From Lingula anatina (Eukaryota > Animalia > Brachiopoda): DNA of 64,000 nt. Each line of letters starts with the position of its first letter. Position 1 is the first letter of the stretch. This document shows, piece by piece, positions 50,556-61,513 of this stretch. The translations under genes were made by a program, and so were the position numbers. A model generated the notes under the pieces. It saw only the letters and a program-made list of their open reading frames with translations. It did not search any database and was not told the DNA's origin. The stretch covers positions 6,448,001-6,512,000 of the forward strand of contig CM120642.1 of NCBI GenBank assembly GCA_051362555.1, in the 5' to 3' direction.

Positions 50556-53500
50556 CAATTGTACAAAATGCCAGTGTCATCCTGTTATTCTCCTCTTATT
50601 AGGATGTCGTGAAAGTCCGCGTGTTCTTGAAGTTTGTAGATAAATCTCTGGTTACCATCGACCCGTTCCTAAATAAGAGTCTATTTCAGTTTGTCCAATA
50701 GTTTTCTGGACCTCTCTTTTTCATACAGCCCAGTTTAGAGTACCCCAGCATTGCCCTATGGTAAATAAGGCAAGTCACAAATGGGCTGAATCGCCGCCAT
50801 GAACAATTGTTTTCATCACAGTTTCAAGAAAATGTCGCACAAACATGACTATGAACACGGAGTTAGCCATCAGAACAACAAACTTCAACAAGGAATCTCA
50901 GTTTATCAGAAATTCTGACACACGAATGAAGCAATTGCCTGTAAACAAGCTGATGGATCCATTCTTTGTTGTGTCATAAGAGATTTCTGATGTTCTGTGC
51001 TTTATCTTAGGTCATCATTGAGGAGACGGCCGTTCACTGATTCTAGGTAAAACCAGGTTTTTGACAGGTTGTTGTCACTTAATAATAAAAGTTGCTGACA
51101 ATGCACTGTCCTAACTACATATCTGGTAGGGTATACGAACATCTATGGTGCTGTTACTTTAACGGTGCCACCAGTGTAGATGACTGCAGGGTCCCGTATG
51201 TTACCTTGTAATTGCCTCTGGAATAACTGACTGACAGCGTGAGCCATTTTCATATGTCCTTCCATTTCTGTCCGTCACGTTGCATCCACAAGCACAATTT
51301 CAAATGTGCATTTGAAAGTCCGTGTGCTTGTGTTTCTGCTCATAGGCACATTTTGTATGCCTGACTGTAAACATTGTCTCAAAGCTGCATCAATATACGC
51401 GTTTTTCATAATGTTGCCTTGTGTTTGTGACATTTTGTAACTAAAAATGACATTTAAATATGTTTTTAAGTAAACATTTCTACAAAGTTCAGCAAAAATA
51501 TAGTTACATTTCAAGTCATTGTTGAGTTTGACCTTGACATACGTACATGACCTTGGCCTCTCTTCGCTAACAAAGTATTGTCCTTTTACTTCATAATTTC
51601 AACTTTTTAAATATCATTAGGAAATTTGGCCATTTAACGATATATTTGATTAGTTTGGCATGTAATTTGGGGACCATCAAGCTTACTTTTGTATCTTTTA
51701 AGATGCAAATTTGACATTGACATACATTATTTTATCCTTAGTCAATTAAATGCAACATTCACAAAGGTGGCGTCATGTGTGCAGTTCTCAATAAGAGGTA
51801 TAAAAAAACAAGAAAGTTCATTTTTGAAAGAATAAAGAAAGTTGATGTTGTATTTTAAACTATTTTGGTCCTTTTTCGAAATTGGCCTTGACATTTAGGC
51901 ATGACCTTGACCTCTGATGACGTCCAAACTTTTTTCAAATGAATGGCCATGAACATTAGAAATGATATCTCCCACAAGTTTGTAAGTTACCCAGTTTCCA
52001 TCATATGCCCACGTAAACACCCTCCTCTATGCATTGGCAGCCATTTAGGATTTTTTGGCATGATTTGATTCCGGTGGGAAATAATCTGGGTTTTATTGGC
52101 CCAAAACTGTTGAGAAACCTTTGTTAACATTTTTTTCAAACCTAAGTCGTTTGTTTACTATCTGTACGTATCCCGAGTTTTCCATGCATACATGTACATT
52201 GTTTCGTTAACATTTTGTTATTCGATTATTTTTGTCTTAATTTTAAAACAGCCCAAATGTATTAAGAGACAAAACCCTGTTATCAAATTTTCTTTTCACA
52301 CCCGTTTATTCTAGCGACCTTTAATTTTTCACACAGGCCTTCACTTCTGCCTTTGTTCCTAGTGAAAACAAATATGAAAAAAGATTTTAGTTTGGTAATT
52401 ATATTGTAACAGTTGAACCCGGAAGTAAAATTATAATTATTTTTTGCTTCAGATACCCCGCATGCGCTGTCTTATGCGGTACAGATGGTTCATCATCGTC
52501 TCCATTTTCTTCTTCATAACTGCGCTCGCGTTTGTCATCCACCAAATCAGGATGACGAACCAAATGATGCACAGAATAGAATTTTTAGAGGCTGAAAGAG
52601 CAAGCTTCCTGGAGCGCCAGACAGCCGAGAACGACGATTACAACGTGGAACAAGAAGAGCCCCCCACGTGGCCGCCACCAAAAGATGGAGTGGACATGGA
52701 CACTGGTCACCGAGAATCCCCGCAGGGTGCAGTCAATCAAGACGACCCTGCAGGAGTGCCGGTAATGGGGGATGAGGGCCAGCAACAGTCAGAGGGCCAG
52801 GTCAACTCGGTATACCAGCCTCCCCAGACCGAACTTCGAGTCGTGCCAATGGATCGTGCGAATCCTGATCGACAACAACTCCAACAACAGCAACAGCATG
52901 TTCCACAACACGTTTATCAGCAACTGCAACCGCAGCAACAGCAGCAGCCAGTGTATCAGCAACAGCAACAACCCGCCCCTGTTCAAACCTCCGCAACGTC
53001 ACAAATTACCGCCAAGCAGGCAGAGTTCAGCAACGGAGAATATGAACGCTTTATGGAGATGTTGGAAAAATGGCCGAGCGACAAACCCAAGGCGACGATC
53101 TATTACCTTCTGAACACACAACGCATAAGTAGATTCCGTGGTGCAATACAGAGCATCGATAAATTTTTCAATAATCGTTTCCAGTATCCCATTGTGATAT
53201 TTCATGAGCCCGATCTGTTAGAAAATCACAAGCAAGACATAAAATCATGGACGACGTCAAATGTATTTTTCCAAATCGTGGAATTTATCATACCGGAGTG
53301 GATCAGAATGCCAGCAGAGGACTGGTTGCACACGTGTGGGTTTGCCAGAATGGGGTACCGCCACATGTGTAGATTTCAAAGCGTTCTCGTCTCCCAGCAA
53401 CCAATTTTACAACCAATAGAATGGTATTGGCGCCTTGATGATGACTCGAAACTCCTAAATGACGTCACGTATGACGTATTTCAGTTTATGCGGGATCGTG

Positions 53501-56500
53501 ATCTGACTTATGCATATATCAGGCTCATATTTGAGATCAAACCGGACTGTATAGCTGGCTTGAGAGGAAATGCCACAAAGTATGTTCACCAACATCAACT
53601 AACACCAACATTCCTTGAGCGCTTGCCAGAAAACTTGAGTCTGTATAACAACTTTGAAATATCACGGTTCAGTTTCTGGCGTCGCCCGGATGTGAGGGCG
53701 TACCTAAATTATATCGATCACGCTGGCGGCATCTTTTACAACCGCTGGGGAGACGCTCCTATCAAAACTACGGCGCTTGCTTTATTTGAAAACATTGACA
53801 AGATTTTCCAGCTCACCAATGTGCTGTATCTTCATAAGAAGTTCAGTATGGAAGAGAACAAAAGGCGCCTGAAGCCGATTGAATCTTTCTTGAAACCGAA
53901 AGTTTAGTGAAATGCTCGCCGTGTTTTTACACTGAAAAATGGTTTTCACATTGAACTTGAATACAAATATAAACCTTACTGGTAATAAGGTTGGCGGGAA
54001 TGAGATTTTTCATTTGAGCCAACTTTTTGGTCCAATAGCTTTTGTGGTTTCTCATATTTTTCTTACTTAATCTTGATGCACTTAATAACCTACTTTATTA
54101 ATTTTATGATATTGCAGTTATATAGTTTGGGGGATGTTATATTATCCCCCCAGTTACTTTGTATCTTATTAGTTTTCGTCATTAATAAATAACAATTTTC
54201 AGTCATATGGACTTATCTTATTTACTTTTGAGCAAAAACAGAGCTTCGTTTTGCTTGTGAACATTTGACTATATAAATACAAATATAAACCTTACTAGAA
54301 ATAAGACTTGAATGCAGTTAGTGCTTTCAATTGTAAGTCAGAATAAATGGATTAAAACAATACAAACAGTAACAATACAATTGGAATTTAACTTTGAGAT
54401 ACTACCAACAAGAGAAAAGACCCTTACCAGAAAATCGTATTAGCTCTTCGAGCTTATTTCATTTCATAATTATTGATGAAATGATCAGCGCTCTGTGATG
54501 ATTTCAGTCCCTGTGAAATTTTCCCCTGAACAAATGCTTGTATCGATTTTATGTACAAGGTAAAACATGTAACGGCGATGCATATGTCTTGAAGATGCGA
54601 CCTTAAAGTATACATATATACACGAAATGTTTCATTCATGTAATGTACCAAAAAGATGCAGAGAAAGATTGTAAGATTGCAACAAGAAAGGTGAAGTAGA
54701 GCTGACAGTTAGAAAACTCACCGGATTATTAGGTCCCTTATCCTGTTGGAGTTGAATGGCAACGGGCACCAAACGCTGATTTCCTTTTTGAAAGAACAGT
54801 ACCAGAGGTGCACCGATCTAGAAACAAGAAAGTGCTTGCAAAATCAATGGGAGGTCGTTCAAACCGCTAAATGGTCAGAATTTCAATTAATCTTAAAATT
54901 AATTTTTCTAAAATTCAAATTACTTACCTCAAATGTTTCGTTTTCTGCGCAGAACATTTCCATCACGGCTTTTCAGGAGATATACTTGCCCCCACCTACG
55001 GCCCTAAGGCCTTCCAAGCCAGGATTTTCCCTCCCAAAACTAAATTTTTAACGATTTTGCCCGGGGTAAACGGCATTTTCCCGCCTTTACAACCTTTAAT
55101 CTTCATTTTATGTAACTCTGTGTAGTAAATGTGCAATAGCTCAGTATTGTGTTAGAGAATATCAGTGTTGTGAGTGTTGAGATCTCGGGAGAATACTGGA
55201 GACTTGAAAATAAAGTATGGTGCTGGGAAATCAGACTTGGTGTCTTGTTGGTTTGAATCTAAGAACATCTTAAAGAACACATTGGCGACAAGGAATTATG
55301 GAGGAGGAAGAACCCCAAGCAGTAAACTTGACGCATATACCAACTTTTCCACCTTTCATCATCAGACAGGAACCGAACACCGTCTTTAAAAGATGGGGAA
55401 AATGGAAGGAAAGATTTGAAAACCTCATGGTTGCATTGAACATCAAAAATTCGCAACAGAAGAGAGCCATGCTTTTACATTTAGCTGGTGAGGAATTTTT
55501 AGACATTTTTGAGAATCTGCCAGACAGAGGGGACTGATATGAAGATGCGGTAGCTTCTTTTGGACAGTACGTTTACGTAAGACCTCATCATAATCCTGAG
55601 TTTGAAATTTACAAATTTCGAAGCTGTAAGCAAGAACCTAGTGAAACCATTGATTCATACCATATCAAACTAAGACAAATAGGAGCCAACTGTGGATTTG
55701 AAAATTTGGACAGAGAGGTTAAGTCACAAATTATACAAGGATGTACATCCCATAAGTTGAGAAGAAAAGCTCTTAGTGACCAGACTCTCACACTGAATAA
55801 CTTGCTTACACATGCTAGAGCTTTAGAGCTGTCTGAGCAAAGGTCCCATATTATGGAGGGCGATACCAGTCCTACCACAGTCTATGCCGTGAAAAAATCA
55901 GCACAAGCCCAAGCACCTAAACCACACAAGCCAAGTCATAACAAGTCCAAAACACAGCCAAAACAGGGTTTCAGTGAGTGTTGGTTCTGCGGTGGAGAGT
56001 ACCCACACAAAGGAGTTTGTCCTGCCAAGGGTAAAATCTGCAGAAAATGTAACAAGTTGAACCATTTCCAAATCAAATGCAGAAGTAAAGAGAACAAAAC
56101 AAAACCTGATCATGCTCCTATCAGTACTGTAAATGAAAATAAATGTAGCAAGTATATTATTGCTTTACAGGTTAGCTCACAGTCTATTGACTTTGAGCTA
56201 GATACTGGTGCGTCTGTCACGTTGATTGGTCAAGATTTGCATGAATCAAAGTTCAAAGATCACCCTTTACGTCAATCAGATTTGCATCTCACATCTTATT
56301 GCGGCAATCCTCTTAATTTATTGGGGGAAATAACAGTCACAGTGAGTTACAATGACCAGTCTGTAGACCTACCATTAGTAGTGGTGGAGGGATCTAAACC
56401 TGCATTGTTGGGGCAAAACTGGTTAGAGAAAATAAAGTTAGATTGGTCCAATGTCTTTTCTGTACAGAGTGACCCAAAGTTAAAGTCACTTCTGTCACAA

Positions 56501-59500
56501 TACAAAGATGTATTTGCTCCAAGTCAAGGGTCAATCAAAGGTTTTGAAGCAGATGTTTACATTCCTGAAGGTACAACTCCCATATTCAAGAAAGCTTATA
56601 GTGTACCCTACCCTCTGCAAGATAAGGTCAAATCTCAGCTGTTGGAGGCAGTTGAGAAGGGTCATTATACCAAAGTAGAAAGTAGTACATGTAAGTGGGC
56701 GAGTCCACAAGTCACTGTTGTAAAACCATCAGGGGATCTGAGGTTATGTGGTGACTATAAGGTCACAGTTAATACAGTACTAGACAAAGACCCATATCCA
56801 CTCCCAACTATTCAGTCAGTACTAGCCAAACATGCAAAAGGGAAATTCAGATCTAAAATAGATTTGCGCGAAGCATTTTCCCAGTTAAAATTGAGTGAGA
56901 AGTCAAAACAATATCTCACGATTAACACTTTGATTGGTTTGTTACGCCCAGAGCGAATGCCGTATGGTATTACGACTGCTCCGCAGCAGTTTCAACGCGT
57001 TATGGATCAAGTGTTGGATGGTTTTGAGGAGGCTGCTTGTTCTATTGATGATATACTCATCACTACTGACACAGTAGAAGAACATTACATAGCACTACAA
57101 CGTGTGCTGCAGAGACTCCGTCAGTACAATATCCGTGCGCGTTTGTCAAAGTGTAGTTTCATTCAGAAACGTATTGATATTCTTGGTCATACACTGGATG
57201 AAAGTGGTATACATCCAAGTGCCAAGAACATAGAAAATATCATGAATATGCCCAAGCCTGAAAATGTTTCAGAGCTCAAGTCATTCCTGGGAATGTTAAA
57301 CTTTTATGGGAAATTCATAAAGAACATGTCTACTCAGGTGTCCACACTAAACAGGCTCTTAAGCAAAAATGTAGAGTGGAACTGGACAAAGGAGTGTGAT
57401 GCTGCATTTAATGCTGCCAAGTCTGCTATTTCTGCAGAGTCATGTCTCACACCCTATGATCCAAAACGGCCAATCGTATTAGCTTGTGATGCATCATCAG
57501 TGGGGATTGGTGCAGTCATAAGTCATATTATGGAAGATGGTTCTGAACGCCCCATTGAAACAGCCTCTCGTACTCTTTCTAAAGCAGAAAAGAATTATGC
57601 TCAAATTGAGAAAGAGGCTTTAGCCATCATATTTGGTGTGAAGAAATTCCACATGTATTTATATGGAAGAGAGTTTACTCTTATTACAGACCATCTGCCT
57701 CTTGTGAAAATATTCAATTCACATACTGGTATACCGTCATTAGCTGCAGCTAGAATGCAACGCTGGAGTTTGATTCTGTCAGCTTACAATTACAAGATAA
57801 AATATAGAAAGTCTGCTGACAATGCAAGTGCAGATTGCTTTTCACGGTTACCAAATAAAAATTCTGAGCCTAGTGAGGATAACGAGTTTGTTGTCCATTG
57901 TGTGTCTTTCACAGAAGAATTACCTGTGAAAGCGAGTGATATTAGCAAAGCCACTATGAAGGACCCAGTCTTGTCCAGAGTGTATGATTTCACTCTTAAT
58001 GGTTGGCCAAGCTATGTCAAAGATGATTCTTTGATGCCTTACTTTAGACGCAGAAATGAACTTACTGTTGACCAAGGTTGCATACTTTGGGGATTACGTG
58101 TCATCATACCACCTTGTTATCGTGACCGTTTACTTCGTGAATTACACGAAGAACATCATGGGATTGTTAGAATGAAGTCCTTAGCTAGAGGGTACTTGTG
58201 GTGGCCTGGACTAGATTCTGGAATTGAGTCTTTGGTCTCTGGATGTGATGAATGTCAATCAAACAGAGCCTTGCCAGCTGTTGCACCACTGATCCCATGG
58301 TCTTTCCCTTCACGTGTGTGGGAGAGGGTCCATGTTGATTTCTTTGAGAAAGACAATCGTTCTTATTTGATACTGATTGATGCATATTCGAAGTGGATAG
58401 AAGTAGAAGAAATGCAATCTACTACTGCTTCGAAAACAATTGATGTTTTACGTTCGTGGTTTGCAAGAGCAGTTTTGCCTGAGATTATTGTGTCAGATAA
58501 TGGACCACAGTTTACCTCAGGGGAGTTTCGTAAATTCTGTGAAATGAATGGAATAAATCACAAACTTATACCTCCGTACCATGCAAGCACGAATGGTGCC
58601 GCTGAGCGTTCAGTGCAAGTTATCAAACAAGGGCTAACAAAACATATGTTAGAGAATAGGGAAGGTTCCCGCAGTCCGAGATTATCCCAGTTAATGATGC
58701 TGTATAGAATAACTCCGCATTCAACAACTGGTGTCAGTCCATCTGAATTGTTCATGAAGCGTCAGATTAGGTCAAAATTTTCTCTTTTGAAACCCAGCCT
58801 TTCTATGTCTGTTGAAACAAAACAGGAAAAGCAATGTCAGTATCATGACAAACGTCCCAAGTCGCGTCACTTTAACCTGTATGATAAGGTCAGAGTTCGC
58901 AATTTCAGAGGGGGGCAAGAGAAATGGGTTTCTGGTTGCATTGTGAAAGTTTGTGGACCTCAGACATATGTTGTACAAATTGGCAGATCGAAACGCTTTG
59001 TGCATATTGATCATATAATTGGTCCCACTGTTTCAAATGAAATGCCATTTTCTGATGAAGTTAATGTGACACTACCTTCAAGAGAAAATGTTGAATCTGA
59101 TAATCAAACAAAGACTGAATTTGAGCAACCTGAGCCAAGGTTTTATTCAGAACCTGTTCAAATTGAGCATGAATCAGGTGATACAATGGACAATAGTGAT
59201 GCAAAATTACCTGACAAATCTGAAGCTAGCAGTACATTTGTATCTGATGATGTTGAGGCTAGTCCTACTGTTGATAAACAACCAGTTCGCAGATATCCTC
59301 AAAGGGAGCGCAAAGCACCTGAGAGACTAACTTACACTTGACTGAGAAATATTACTGTCATTAAAATTTTCTAGAGACATATTGTCTTACATGTAAGATG
59401 ACCAAGGACTGTTAAAGGATTAATGAGAACTGTTGATCTGTTTACACTCTGAAGTGATTATTTAGAGTGCCTCTGAGTATTTGTAACATTTTAGTTTATT

Positions 59501-61448
59501 TAGTTTTGTCATTATAAAAGTAAAAAGAAAAAAAATTGCACATTTAAAGTCATTGTGGTGCATATCTCAAGAGGGAGAGATGTAGTAAATGTGCAATAGC
59601 TCAGTATTGTGTTAGAGAATATCAGTGTTGTGAGTGTTGAGATCGATCTCGGGAGAATACTGGAGACTTGAAAATAAAGTATGGTGCTGGGAAATCAGAC
59701 TTGGTGTCTTGTTGGTTTGAATCTAAGAACATCTTAAAGAACATCACACTCTGTTACAATTCTGAGTAAATAGCAAAAGATTAGAAGCACATGTTTTCCA
59801 GATATGCAATTCATTCCATGATACGACTTTCGAGACTCTCGGGTCGTGACCCGCGTTATTTTCACACTGTATCAAGTTGGCCGACTACCGAGGTTGGACA
59901 GGGGGCAGTATTATTTAAGACCGTTTATATTCGTTTTCAAATATTTAATTGTCCTCAGATAAGTTCAACAAGAAACAATTCATGCTTAGATTGCGTTGAA
60001 AATCGTGGCTTGGAAGGCTTTAAGAAAGACGGGTGCATGGGCATGGGAGGTCTCGTCATTTCTGTTAATACATATACTTTCTTCTTTTAACGTAACGCAG
60101 CTGATGTAACTCTTCTCTGATTACACGATCAAATTCATCGTAAAGTATTGTGGTTAACATGCCAACATCAAGATAAAAATCATCACTGCAGTGAGGTCGT
60201 GGCCTTTACTAGGTTAAGGTATTTGAAGCATTGCCACATATCAAGCATGTTGATAACGCAGGGCCTGGTTAGACTGGACTGGTATGTTTCTGGAGGTACT
60301 GGGTACAACTTCGAATGGGTTGAACTCCCAAGACGGAAATGCGTTGGAAATATTAATAATTGTGCCATACATTTTGTCCCTTTTGCGCTTAAAATAAGAA
60401 GTGCAAGGAGTATAACTACATACAGTGTATCTGGGCTTTCTTTGTCCCAGATATGCCCATAAATTATAGCACTGAACTTACCTGCACTCCAATCTTAGTG
60501 TGTATCGTAGGTATGAAAAAGGCAAGATATGTAGTTACTCCGTGCACGTATTATTTCAAGTGTACTGTGTGTAAGAGAAACAAAATGCTGCAATTACCGG
60601 TATCAATTCACTCGACGTACATGTACTTCCGTCTTGGTTAAATATGGCCAACTCATTTGTGAAGGTTCTGTTACACCAAATATTCACCTATATTTTTAAA
60701 GTTCAATCAGGCCAAACCATTTGTAGAGGTTTAATTGGACCAACCCATTTTTTCATTTAAATAAAACTATTTGTGGAAGTTCAATAAGACCTACCCATTT
60801 GTGGAGGGTCAATTTGGACAATCCATTTGAATAGGTTCAATAATGCCAACCCTCTTTGAACTGTGACTATTCCAAAATTGCACCCAATCAGTGACCCACA
60901 CAAGCCTAATACCATGAAGTACAAGAAATGTGATATCCACTTTACCTCAGTTTCTGGATTGTGACGTATGCCTTCCAGAATCTTAAGATCTATTATGAAA
61001 AGCCTTTTGGCATCCAAGGCCTGTTTTAGAGTGAGGCCCTCAAGGAATGGTTCCACCATTTCTGCAGTCACGCCAAACCTTAGGTATTAACGATGAGTAG
61101 TTGATTTATTTAAATATTAAAATAGATAAGGATTGAATTGACCAGTAGTGTTTTATTACCTCCGCCAAGAAGGTTATGTTTTCACCCCTGTTTGTTTGTT
61201 TGTCTGTCATCAACATAACTCAAAAAGTTATGGACCGATTTTGATGAAATTTTCAGGAACTGTCAGAAGTGGGCCAATAATCAATCAATAATCAAAAATA
61301 TCGAAAATTTAGGGGTGAAACGGCACTGGATGGAGACTTTGCTGCCTTGGCGGAGGTCTGCGCTCTCTAAGTGCTTTTCTAGTTGATTATGTTATAAATT
61401 GATTGGAGTGATAAGTTTCGTACTCAAATACACATACATCATATCAAA

Positions 61449-61513
<65 letters not shown>

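Larger units (their letters stand above)
33818..54408 (+). repeat. Tandem triplication (units about 33818-39918, 39919-46257 and 46258-54408), each unit carrying a GT15 gene
   Basis: The same order recurs three times: CAGAACACCTTTGTT, small MITE, (AT)n, short first exon, GA/GT microsatellite block, acceptor TTTTTGCTTCAG, GT15 exon, 3'UTR. Boundaries are approximate. Confidence 0.92.

Noticed and set aside
37650-53907. GT15 genes as fungal contamination
   Set aside because: They lie between in-phase exons of an animal lipoxygenase, share host-type repeats and microsatellites, and have a plausible spliced first exon. Read-level confirmation is still advisable.
54428-54510. Exon-like segment on the - strand near the LOX exon at 54722
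   Set aside because: It contains a stop in the joining frame and has no LOX similarity; the LOX model is complete without it.
55535-55537. Programmed readthrough or selenocysteine at the Gag TGA
   Set aside because: The stop lies early in Gag rather than at the gag-pol boundary, and I saw no downstream stimulatory structure; mutation or sequence error is simpler.
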